DNA of 64,000 nucleotides from Oikopleura dioica (taxonomy: Eukaryota > Animalia > Chordata). Below are positions 24,180 to 35,437 of this stretch, piece by piece; position 1 is the stretch's first letter, and each line of letters begins with the position of its first letter. Location of the stretch: assembly GCA_907165135.1 (NCBI GenBank), contig OU015567.1:5766001-5830000 (forward strand), written 5' to 3'. Under the pieces are notes generated by a model that had not been told where the DNA came from, did no database searches, and saw nothing but the letters and a program-made list of their open reading frames with translations. The translations under genes and the position numbers were made by a program.

Positions 24180-25549
24180 GTTTTTACGAGGGAATTTGAA
24201 GAGGCTGGATTTGTTTGCGAAATACATCTTTCGAGAGGTAGAAAAAGGGTTTGAAATTTATTTTAAAGGTTTTTTTAGATTTTAAACCGGCAGAAAGAGA
24301 ATCGAAAAAAGAAGAATCATCGGAGGGCGAGAATCAAATGCCATTCCATAAAAACGTGATCCACAACTTTGTGAATATTGAGTTGTTTCACGGGAAAGAC
24401 GAGAAAAGAAAAGACTGCTTGGGGTGGATTACGATCATGGAGAGAGGAGAGGCGAATTTGAGGACTTTGTTGAAGGAAGAAAAAATTGGTCTGGAAGAGA
24501 GAAGGGAAATTGCGAGTGGAATTTCGGATGGAGTTAATCATTTGTGGGGTCGTGGAATCATTCATTCCGATCTGAAATTAGAAAACGTCTTGCTTGTTGG
24601 TGGAACTCCGAAAATTATCGACTTCGGGCTCGTTAGGGAGACAACCGGACGAAAAGGCTACCGAAAAATGGGGTACGCCAGAAGGGGAGCAAAATACAAA
24701 AATCCTAGAGCTCTTGGTAAGTTTTTTTAAATTTTCAATTTTATACAAAGTTTGAAGCTGCTGGGACGCCAGGATTTACTTTACATGCTCAAATCGCGAA
24801 TGGAGCTGGTTATTTTGCTTTGAATCTTTATTTTTTTCTTTTCTGCGACTGGCAAACTGCGTGGACACTTCTTTACCAACCGATAGATGATAGTGAAAGA
24901 AACGAAATTGATGAAATTGTTGAAGTAAGAGCTTGATTTTTCTATTTTGTAATTTTTTTTAGGAGTGTGGAGCAACCTCAATCAAAAATTTGAATGTGCT
25001 CGATGAGAATTATTTGTCATCACTTTACAATCTCCCCTACGAAGTCACGAAAATAATTTCGCTGAAAAACGCGTCAACCGTATTTTGCCTGGACGACCCA
25101 AATTTGACCCAATCCTACAAGATGTCCAAAACGCAACAAAGTGCATTAACCAAGACATCAAGAATTTAACCAAAAACGTGTTCAACCAAAAAACTAGTCA
25201 ACTTTGCGTCCCGATTTCAGTCACTACTCTTCTCCGACACGCCATCAAGAAGGACCTTCCTGCTTTCGAGGATAAAGTCGGTTCTTTTACCTTTGAAAAA
25301 ATTCTTGCAACTTTGACGATGATCGTCTTTCCGCGAAGTTTGGCCGGACTAAATTTGAATCCGAACAACAAAGAAAAAGAAAAGCAAGAAAATGAGATCG
25401 AGATTCTTTTGGACCGACTTTGCAAAGAAACTTATCTCATGGAAAGTGGATGGCAAATCATCAGGGGAGTACGCAAAGAACACGAAGACGAATCTTGGTC
25501 AAAAGAATATCCAGTTAAATCAAGCTGTCACTTTCATACAGGTATTTAA

Positions 25550-25975
25550 CTCATTGCCAATGAGTCATTGGGCGCGAGCCTGGCCCTGTGCGTTGGCAAC
25601 CGCGTGGCGTTTTAAAACGCCACGTAGTTTTTCTCGATTTTGAAGCATTTCTTAATTGATTTCTTTTACTTTTAAAAAACTGATTGATAGAAAATCGTTT
25701 GGGCTATCCATTGATGCTAATTTTATCTTTTATCTCCGTCGGAAATAACTGTAAATAGCCACTGAAGATTGACCAAAAATCGTAGGCCACTTTTCAAATT
25801 TCCTGTCATCCAAAAAGTGGCCTTAAGTTAGGGTTTCACTGTAAGTTAAGGCCTTAAGTTAGGTATTCGTGTTGCCTGCAATCCAGCGGGTGAGCAGAAT
25901 CCGTCGAGAAATTTTAAGAGAAATGCCTCGCCAAAGTCCTCATGGCGTTTAAAAACGCCACGTGCGCCCAAAGGG
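25550..25975. mobile_element. piggyBac-like non-autonomous element (TTAA TSD) inside an intron
   Basis: TTAA at 25546-25549 and 25976-25979; right end ...CGCCCAAAGGG; subterminal inverted TGGCGTTTTAAAACGCCA motifs; absent from the homologous 40-nt intron 30855-30894; left TIR rearranged. Confidence 0.75.
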
Positions 25976-26987
25976 TTAATCATAAAGAAAACAGATCTAA
26001 CCCAAATTCAGTGACTCTCAACGAAAATTTCACTTTCATCCGTCCAGCAACAGTCACCGGCGCGTATTTAACCTCTGACGGCGATCTCCTCTTCCACCAA
26101 ATGACGCTCGACCGGGTCGAAAACGGCGACTACGTTCTCCAAAACTCAGATTTCAAAAATCACTCTCCTGGTACAATTTTTCAAAATTTATCAAACTCAA
26201 ACAAGCCACGTTCAGTTCTCCGCATTCCACGAAAAAGACCATACTACGCTTCTCCCGAATACATCTTCAATCTGGTCAACTCAACCGAGTGCAACGTTTA
26301 CGAAGACAACGAAATTAAACTCACACTCGTTAACGAGTACTTACAAAACATGGACGAAAACACCTGGTATCTTCATCCGGAGGCATACACAATCAAGCTT
26401 ATTCCAACGAAAAACCATATAAAAGAAACTGCTCTGATTCAAAAAACTTTTAATATCGACGAAGAAATTAACAGACCGAAAATTTTCATCGATGAGCTTC
26501 TCGCGGTTAGCAATATTTTTTGAAAAAGAAACAACTTTTCAATCATTCAAAAAGAACAATTTATATTTAGATAAATTTTTCTTTTTAGATGGGGTTTGAG
26601 AGGCAAGCGATTTTTGATGCCGTTACTACTTGTTATGGGAATTTTGAGAAAGCGAAGGAGTTTCTGCGAAAAACTGAGGGAGAACAACGCATCCATCTTG
26701 CACATAACACGACTTCAAGCACCGTTTTCGAAGAGGACGGAATAAACTACGAATTGGTGAACGAAAAGTTCGGAAACTTGGAGGAGAATGCGTGATATCT
26801 CCTTCCTATTGCTTACACCATCCAGTTCATCCCAGAATATACAACTTTATGAAAAACAAGAGCATTTTAAAATCAAGGAAAACGATTCTTCTGTCTTCCT
26901 TGATTTCAATTCTTTATTTTCAAAAATTGAGATATATTAAAAAAAAATAAAAACAGTGTTAATTGGGCAGAAAATGAATGCTTGAAA

Positions 26988-27434
26988 TTATTGTTCTTGA
27001 GAGACATTGATGAGCTCCAAAATTTGGGACGATTTGGTGGATAGCTCTGCTTCGTTGTTGTTTTGCGCGTACTCGTAGATTACGTCATCTAAAAGATTTA
27101 TTGAATAATGATTGTGAAGTCCGAGCTTACTCGATTTCTTGCGGCGAAGAGTCCAATCCGTCTCGTTGATCATGTTATTAACCGCGTAAAGGCAGCGGAT
27201 CTGCACCTCTTTTCCTCCTTGTTTTTCCTCGAGAAGCCGTTCAGTCCATTCCAGCGTAGTTTCCGATTTCTGGAGCAGCTCTTGGCCGAGGTTTTGTTCG
27301 CTCAAGCTGACGACCACTTTCATCAAACTCGCGCCGAAGAATTCGTCTCCATCTGTCAAACTCGATCGGGAAGCTGTGTCGAAGAGGGAGAGGTAAGCAG
27401 ACTCTTGCTCGGGACAGTAGTATCATCGGAAACA
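26988..27434 (-). pseudogene. 5'-truncated duplicate of the last exons of the ARMC10-like gene
   Basis: Nearly identical to 31435-31874 but cut at the duplication junction 27434/27435. Confidence 0.85.
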
Positions 27435-27457
27435 GGGAATTCCCCAAGTGACGAAAG

Positions 27458-27685
27458 ATGGGAATATTCTCTCGCTTTTTCGTCATTTCTAGCGTGTTAT
27501 TCATCAGTTGTACAGCCCTGCAAGCTCTGATCTTCCTCCCCGAGGCCTGTCAACGATCAAAATTCAATAATACTAACGTTGAAAACTTGACAACACCGCC
27601 ATTCAATGATGAAAGTATAAAAGGAGCTGTTCAGACGGCGATCATCCCTTTTCGGCGTGATCCTTTTCGGCCGGGCGAAATTTAG
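27458..27685 (+). CDS. 75-aa putative secreted peptide
   Basis: Signal-peptide-like MGIFSRFFVISSVLFISCTALQA; single-exon ORF; AATAA downstream; homologous frameshifted copy at 22630. Confidence 0.55.
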   Translation: MGIFSRFFVISSVLFISCTALQALIFLPEACQRSKFNNTNVENLTTPPFNDESIKGAVQTAIIPFRRDPFRPGEI

Positions 27686-28079
27686 ACACAACTTGAAATT
27701 CCAAGAACTTTTCACTTCAGAACATTCCAGCCGCATAAAAAGCTGAATAACAAAGAAAGGGAGACGGCCAACTCCCCCTTTTTAGAAGCGAGACACGTTG
27801 CCTCTGACGTGACAACTTGCAACTTGCAAAAAAGGATGAAAAATACGTTTGAAACGTCTCCCAGACGATCGAACTCACAATCAAAGTCATTTTTTTTTCA
27901 TCAAAAAAAGAATGAGAAATTTAAATTTCTGAATCAGTAGACCAATTTATCCAACTTTTATAATCACCAAAAATTTAATCAGGGAACTTATGAAGACACT
28001 GAAAAAAAATTGATTTTAATAAAATATTTTTGATTTGCCGTATTTGCGTCGAAAACTCAGGCCGGTGTCACAACCTTAA

Positions 28080-28823
28080 GGGATCCCCCCCTGTTTTTTC
28101 AAGTCTTTATCACGGGTCTCTTTATGGCATATTTAGATTCCCCGTGTTCTAAGGATCATTTTGATGTATCATACTACCCCTTTAGGAACATCTTTACCCG
28201 AAATTCTGGCCCTCGAAAGTCGTAAAAATGCATATAAGTTGTACTTAGCGTGAAAATCGCAATTTTTTCCACTTTTCAATGTCATCGAAAATAGACAAAT
28301 AAGGGGTCTATCGATAGCTAAGAATGCAACGAATAAGAATATGATGACCGCACTAGAATTTCTGGCCATAAATTGGCGGTAGAGAGCAAATTAAAGCCAG
28401 AAGAGGGCCAAAATAGCATCAAAAAAATCTTCTTAAGAAAATTTTTTTCTTACTTGGCCCAGGGCTGCTGAATTCGGAGCATTTGCGTTTACCCGCGATT
28501 TTTTGACGGAAGTCTTGGCCAAAAATGTTCTCTGTACTAGAGATTGTAGATTAGGCTCCATTCTATCTGAATCTTTTTTCATATCGAGTCTATCTAAGCC
28601 CAATTTGGCTGAATTTCGATTCAAAAATGGCCTAAAATGGCGATTTTTCGAAAAATTCGAACTTTGGCCCCTCCTAGTGGTAGGTTTGCCTTGAGCAAAA
28701 AACTTCTCTGTACTAGAGAATAGCGGATAGCACCTGGGCTATCCGTAGAGCTATTATACGCTCCAATTCATCAGCCCAATTCGGCTGAATTTCCAGTTGA
28801 AAATGGCCAAAACGGGGGATCCC
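28080..28823. mobile_element. 744-bp non-autonomous element with TTAA TSD and GG-starting termini (Kolobok-like)
   Basis: TIR GGGATCCCCC / GGGGGATCCC; TTAA at 28076-28079 and 28824-28827; empty site in unit A (~23238 CAACCTTACGCTC); internal ~120-bp direct repeat at ~28520 and ~28697. Confidence 0.85.
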
Positions 28824-28931
28824 TTAAGCTCGTAAAAAGAAGATAAAAAGGGTCGTTAATTCTGAGAATAAAAAGATTTCACCAGACTTGTTAAAAACGC
28901 TTCTACTCAGCGAACTTAATTAAAAGAGAAA

Positions 28932-31290
28932 ATGGAAAACGAAAATTTCGAACTTGAAAATCTTTTAATCACTGACCATCCATCTCAACTAGAAAACGTA
29001 ATAGATAAACTGATAGAAATGCTTCAAATCATTGCTTATCCATCTCAACTGGAAAGGGAGAAAGTTGAGTGTTGGCTGGAAGAATTTCTTCCGAAATTGA
29101 AGAGGACGACTTCGAGGACGCAGAAATGCCGACTTTTGGAATCCGTTGAGCGACTTGATTTTGAAAATGAAAGATATGCTGGTTCGTGGGAATTCGTAAA
29201 ATTTGATAAAGAAGGCTGTGGAACGATTTACAACAGAAAGAATAGAAAACTAGAGGAGTTTGAGCAGACAGAATTCCAAAAACTAATTCTTCAAAATGAT
29301 CCGTCTTTAACCGAAAAGACAATCGGACGATGGGAAATCAAGGAAGAGTCTGGTGATTGGCGATTAGATGACGATTTGGAAGAGAAGGTGCTTTCGCGAG
29401 GAGGGGAAGCAATTTTGATTGCTGGAAACTTCGAAGGTCTTGAGGCAGTTGTGCGAGTGCAGGTTTTTGATCCGTTTCTTTTTACGGAGGAATTTGAAGA
29501 GGAGAGATTTTCTTGCGAGGTACATCTTTCGAAAGGTAGAAACGAGTTTGAAATATTTTTTAAAGTTTTTTTTTTGAGAATTTGAACCAGCAAAAGAAAA
29601 ATCGGAGAACGAAGAATCATCCGAGTGCGAGAATGAAATGCCAGTCCATGAGAACATTATCTACAACTTTGTGAATATTGAGCTGTTTCACGCAAAAGAC
29701 GAGAAAAGAAAGGACTGCTTGGGCTGGATTACGATTATGGAAAAAGGAGAGGCGAACTTGAGGACTTTGTTGAAGGAAGAAAAAATTGATCTTGAAGAGA
29801 GAAGGAAGATTGCGAATGGAATTTTCGATGGGAATGAATATTTGAGAAGTCGGGGAGTTTTTCATTACGATCAGAAATTAGAAAACTTTGTGCTTGTTGG
29901 TGGAATTCCGAAAATAATTGACTTCGGGCTCGTTTGTGAAGAAAGCGGAAGAGAAGGCTACCGGAAAATGGGGTACGCCAGAAGAGGAGCAAAATACAAA
30001 CATGAAAGAGCTCTAGGTAAGTATTTAGAAAATTCCAATTCTTTACAAAATCTTGAAGCCGCTGGGACGCCAGGATTCACTTTTCATGCTCAGATCGCGA
30101 GTGGAGCTGGTTATTTTGCTTCTAATCTGTATTATTTTCTTTTCTGCGACTGGCAAACCGCGTGGACACTTTTGTACCAACCACTCGATGATGGTCAAAG
30201 AGAAGAAATTGATAAAATTGTTCAAGTAAGAACTTGATTTGTCGATTTTGTAATTTTTGTTTTTTTAGGATTGTGGAGCGACTTCAATCAAAAATTTGAA
30301 TGTGCTCGATGAGAATTATTTTTCATCACTTTTCTATCTCCCCTACGAAGTCACGAAAATAATCTCGCTGGAAAACGCGTCAACCGTATTTTGCCTTGAT
30401 GATCCAAACTTGACTCAATCCTGCAAAATGTCAAGTTTAAAACAAAACGCGTCAAAGTGCGTCAATCAAGACATGAAAAATTTGACGAAAAAAGTATTCG
30501 ACCAAAAAACGAGTCAACTTTGCGCCCCGATTTCGGTCACCACTCTTCTCCGTTACGCCATCAAAAGTGATCTCGCTTTCGAATACGAAGACAGTCTTTG
30601 TACCTTTGAAAAAATTCTGGCAACTTTGACGATGATCGTCTTTCCGCGAAGTTTGGCCGGCCTCAATTTGAATCCCAACAAAAAGGAAAAAGAAAAACAA
30701 GAAAATGAAATCGAGATTCTTTTGGAGCGGCTTTGCAAAGAAACTTATCTCATGAAAAGTGGGTGGGAAATCATCAGGGGAGTGCACAAAAGCTTCGAAG
30801 ACGAATTTTATGCAAAAATATCTCCAGTCAAATCTAGCTGTCACTTCCATACAGGCATTTAATCATAAAGAAAACAAATCATAACCCGAATTCAGTGACT
30901 CTAAACGAAAACTTCACCTTTACCCGTCCAGCAACAGTCACCGGCGCGTATTTAACGTCTGACGGCGATCTCTTCTTCCACCAAATGACGCTCGATCGAG
31001 TCGAAAACGGCGAGTACGTTCTCCAAAACAGCGATTACAAAGACCACTCTCCTGGTAAAATATTTCTCTCAAACTCAAACAAGCCTCGTTTAGTTCTCCG
31101 CATTCCACTAAAAAGTCCATACTACGCTTCTCCCGAGTACATCTTCAGTCTGGTCAACCAAAGCGAGTGCAACGTTTACGAAGACGACGAAATCAAACTC
31201 ACACTCGTCAACAAATTTTCACAAAACATGGACGAAAACACCTGGTATCTTCTTCCTACTGCTTACACCATCCAGCTCATTCCTGAATAA
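28932..31290 (+). CDS. Kinase-like domain fused to a papain-like cysteine peptidase domain, copy B (open frame)
   Basis: Five exons in frame (introns ~29537-29579, 30017-30058, 30226-30269, GC-AG 30855-30894). Kinase motifs HYDQKLEN, KIIDFG, GTPG; peptidase motifs VFDQKTSQLC (Cys codon 30521), H at 30979, YVLQNS (Asn codon 31027). Confidence 0.85.
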
Positions 31291-31434
31291 ACAACTTTGT
31301 GAAACACAAGAGCATTTTAAAGTCAAGGAAAACGATTCTTCGGTCTTCCTTGATTTCAATATTAATTTTCAAAAATAGAGATATATTAAAAAAATAGAAA
31401 ACAGAGATAAATGGGCAGAAAATGATGTTTGAAA

Positions 31435-32776
31435 TTATTGTTCTTGAGAAAAGTTGATGAGCTCCAAAATCTGGGAAGATTTGGTGGAAAGCTCTCGCTC
31501 TGCTTCGTTGTTGTTTTGCGCGTACTCGTAGATTACGTCCTCTGAAAGAGTCGCTGAAACATGAAAAAGAACGTGGCGCTTACTTGATTTCTTGCGGCGA
31601 AGATTCCAATCAGTCTCGTTGATCATGTTGTTGACCGCGTAGAGGCAGCGGATCTGCACCTCTTTTCCTCCTTGTTTTTCCTCGAGAAGCCGTTCAGTCC
31701 ATCCAAGCGTCGTTTCCGATTTCTGGAGCAGCTCTTGGCCGAGGTTTTGTTCGCTCAAGCTGACGACCACTTTCATCAAACTGGCGCCGAAGAATTCGTC
31801 TCCATCTGTCAAACTCGATCGGGAAGCTGTGTCGAAGAGGGAGAGGTAAGCAGACTCTTGCTCGGGACAGTAGTTTCGCGAGAAATTGGCGATACAGTCG
31901 GTCACGATTTCGAGTGTTCCGCTTGACTTGGACGACTGGATCAGCTGGCTGTTTGCAGCTTGGATCAAGACGGGCACGAACTCGATTCCCTGAGAAACAA
32001 TCTTTAGACCTTTTGTTCGGGGAGAAAACTTACAGAGTTTTTGCCCTTTTCGCTCAAAGAGATTTTCTCAATAATCTGGCAAGCAACGAGAATGACTCTT
32101 TCGCTGGCGTGGGTGATGCACTGCAGGACCAAACCGATTTTATTGTGGTCCGCGATTTCGAGCTAAAGAAAACTTGAATTTTGAAGCTTCGAAATTGACT
32201 TACCAGCTGTTCTTCGATTCGGGCGCGGAAGAGGATTTCCTCAAGACACGAGATGATTTCCTGGAATTTCTCGGCGATCAAAACTTGTTCCAGCAAATTG
32301 AAGAGTCCGTCCAAAGATGATTTTTCCACGACGTCGTCTTTACAGTCCAAAGTCGATGGCGCTGCCAAGTCGCAAAAATCGAGGTCCTCTTCGACGCTTT
32401 TTGTGGAACTGCTCGTGGCGGAATCAAAGCTATCTTCGTCGTAGGAGTCTTGATCATCTGGGACGACTTCAGTGTCGATTTCGCTCGTTGGGTAGGTTCT
32501 GGTGACGCTTGTTCTCCGGATCGTATTTTCTTCTGGACAGAATTTGAACTCTTCTTTCTGATTTGGCTCAGTCTTGTCCAGCGTTTCTAAGAGCTCTGAA
32601 TATTCATTTAGCGAGTAATTTCGACCACTGAACTTACCTTTGCTCATTTTCTTTCTCAGTTCCTTGTCCCTTTTCTTTCTTTGGTGTTCATCAAAGAAGA
32701 GCTTGGCGACGAGGCCGGCCACTCCAATCGTGGCAAGCGAGAAGAAAACAGTGATGACTTTGCGGATTGAGGGCAT
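31435..32776 (-). CDS. ARMC10: ARMC10/ARMCX-like protein (N-terminal TM, acidic linker, armadillo-like repeats), paralog 1
   Basis: MPSIRKVITVFFSLATIGVAGLVAKLFF TM segment; LMKVVVSLSEQNLGQELL and QIRCLYAVNNMINE resemble the recalled ARMC10 C-terminal region. Confidence 0.6.
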
Positions 32777-33135
32777 TTTCGTACTGATATGTTCCGAAGA
32801 GTACAAACAGAAAAGAGGCTTACCGTTGAAGAAGCTTGGGAATAAGGACTTTTGTGCTCGAAGTCCGTACCTATTCTGCCAAATCTGCGAAAACTGATAA
32901 ATCAAAACTGAAGTTCTAGAGAAGGTCTCGACGAGAAGAATATGAGCTTGCTTTGAATTCAAATACATGCATTTTGCAACTGATTTACAACTGCTCTTAA
33001 CTACTTTTGGACCTTGAAAACAGGAGTTTTCTTCCTTGATTTCAATATTTGCTTTTGTAAAATAAAAAATATTATATTTTCAAAATAATACAGTGTTGAA
33101 AACTTGAAGTAGAGGCAGTGAAGAACTGAGGAAAT

Positions 33136-34286
33136 CTAGCTTTCATGAGGCTGTTTTTGGTCTTCTAGCTTGAAGAGAATGTCAGACGATCGTTTCACTA
33201 CTTCTTCGTCCACGTGGAGCGAATTTGAATACTCCAAAATCACATCGACTAAAAATTTTCAAAGTCATCGATTTGGTCTTCAACTTACGGGATTCTTGGC
33301 TTTTCAATTGAAAATCAGTCTCGCTGAGCATGTTGTTAATCGCAATCAAGCATCTAATCTGACTGTCCTTTCCTCCTTGTTTCCACTTGAGCATTCTTTC
33401 CACCCTTTTCATCGTGTCATCGAGCTCCGGTTTGATTAAAACCTTCTGACCGAGATCGCGTTCGCTCAAATTCACCACCACTTTCATCAATGACTCGCCA
33501 AAGAACTCGTGATCATCCAGCAAATTTGATTTCGAAACCGCGTTGAAAAAGGAAGTGTAAGAGGCTTCAGTATGAGGACTGTAGTTCGCCGAGAAATTCG
33601 CCAAGCATTCGGTTAGTCGCTTCAATTTTTCGTTTGATTCGAGGGAATTGACCAGGATGTCATTTGCGATGTCGACGACTTTCGGAACAATAAAGGATGC
33701 CTAGGTAGTCATTGAAGACAAGGAAGAAAACAGACTCGCTTACGGATTCTTGGCCGGCTTTGCAGCTGGCGATGTTCTTCAAAATGGCGATCGCCAGCGA
33801 GCTAACAAGTTGATTCACATGCGTGATGCAGTTTAAAATGATTTCAACTCTTCTTGGCTTCACAATCTCCGTCTAAGAAACCCGTCAAAACATCGCTAAG
33901 TCAATATAAACCTACCAGTTGTTCTTTGATCCCAGTCAAGTGGAGAACATGACGGAGGAGCTGAGTTACTGTGTCGATTTTGTTGAATTTGAGATATTGT
34001 TGGATCATGTTGAAAACGTTGTTGATGCTTGAGCGGATTTCATCTTCTTCATCTTGCTCGTCTGAATACTCGCTTTCTTCTTTCTCCTCTTCTTCATCCT
34101 GTAATTTGACTGGTTCTTCTTCGACCGAGACCACTTCTGAAGAAAATAATGAGTTTCCAATTAGATGGAAAAAGCCTGACCAACACTGTATTTATCCCAG
34201 AGCCAATGCCAATTCCAAGCCATAACGAAAGCTATCGCCCCGACGAAGCCGGAAACAAACAAGTTCAATTTCGACAAAGTCGCCAT
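33136..34286 (-). CDS. ARMC10: ARMC10/ARMCX-like protein, paralog 2
   Basis: MATLSKLNLFVSGFVGAIAFVMAWNWHW TM segment; FFGESLMKVVVNLSERDLGQ and KQGGKDSQIRCLIAINNML are clearly homologous to paralog 1; shares the last intron position. Confidence 0.6.
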
Positions 34287-34389
34287 CTGAAATCACGAAT
34301 TCTTCATTTTCATTCGCTTTCGTAGTTGTCATAATTGGCACTTTGTACAAATAAATTAAAATAAAATATAATTTCTGCAAAAAGCTCTG

Positions 34390-35388
34390 TCAGCTTCTAT
34401 CCAAATCATCGACTCGTTCCAAATCGAGCTCAAAATCGTCACTGAGCTCTTCGATCTTTCTCTGATAACTTTCCAGCTTCATCTCTCGTTTCTTATCTTT
34501 TTCGACGCCCAAAAGCCCCTCGGAGAAGATCTTTTCCAAGTTGACGCAGGCTTTGATTTCGTTTCCATGCAAACATGATCTGAAGCAGTCAAATTAAAAA
34601 TAATCAAATTCTAGCGTTTAACTTTTCCGCGAGGTTGAGTCCAAATTGAACGTCTTTTTCGACTCCGAAAAGGCCGTCAAAAGACATGATCGCGTAACTA
34701 TTGCAGGCTTCCCAGCTGCCCAACTTGCAGCCCCGAATGACCAGGCTTTTCACATTCATTTCGTCTAAACAATTGTTCTTTCAAACACCCCTTTCAATCC
34801 CACCTAAAAGACTTTTGACCACTGGCGTCATTTTCTTCTGCCCCTCCGACGCAAGACTCAAATCTCTTCTCAAAATTTCCGACAAGGCAAAACAGGATTT
34901 CGCTGAAAAAGAAAGCATCAACTCTTCCGCTCTAGAAACGCTAGAAAACTACCAGTAGCATGGCGATCGACAGGCGTTTCAGCATTTTCCGCCAAACAAG
35001 CCGTTTTGAAATCATTTACTGCTTCCGGAAAGTTGTGAGCAATTTTCGTTTTTTCGAAGCCGTTTGCTTTTAAAATCCCCGATTCCCAGCAACAGGAGGC
35101 GTTTTTCAAGCGCTCGCAGCAGTCTGTGATTGTTCGCGCAGCCGCCGCCAGATCTTGCTTCCGTTCTCGGTAAAAATCGGCCAGAGTCATACATGCTTGC
35201 GGCCGTTGCTTTTGGTAGCAGTGCGACTAAGCAAAGGACTAGTAAGCAGAGAGTATAATCAAATCTGGTACCTTTGTGCCTTCAAGCATAGATCGCTTCA
35301 AATCTTGAACCGCCTCTCCCGCATCAACTCGAACTTCGGTTTCAATTTCTTGCTTCTTCGCCCCTTTTCCCAGAATAAACTCTTCCAT
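34390..35388 (-). CDS. COA7: COA7-like Sel1-repeat protein, paralog 2
   Basis: QACMTLADFYRERKQDLAAAARTITDCCERLKNASCCWESG and SCLHGNEIKACVNLEKIFSEG match the Cys-paired Sel1 repeats of COA7. Confidence 0.6.
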
Positions 35389-35437
35389 TCTAAAAGGAAA
35401 GAATTCAAAAAAGATGAATACGAAGGAGAGTTGAATT

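Larger units (their letters stand above)
23355..26852 (+). pseudogene. Kinase-like / papain-like peptidase / UBA gene, copy A, probably disabled
   Basis: Exonic MITE with an in-frame stop (23909-24187); 10-bp deletion at ~25126 relative to copy B (frameshift); TGA at 26793 where the homologous repeat has TGG. UBA-like IDELLA|MGFERQAIFDAVTTCYGNFEKAKEFL spans intron 26506-26588. Confidence 0.75.
22607..31874. repeat. Tandem segmental duplication: unit A 22607-27434, unit B 27435 to ~31874
   Basis: Both units begin GGGAATTCCCCAAGTGACGAAAGATGG and carry the same order: peptide gene, kinase-family gene, 3' end of the ARMC10-like gene. They differ by three transposon insertions and several indels. 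Confidence 0.95.

Noticed and set aside
26793-26795. In-frame TGA at a Trp position as possible readthrough, selenocysteine or alternative code
   Set aside because: Other genes here use TGG for Trp and TGA as stop; this copy has two other disabling lesions.
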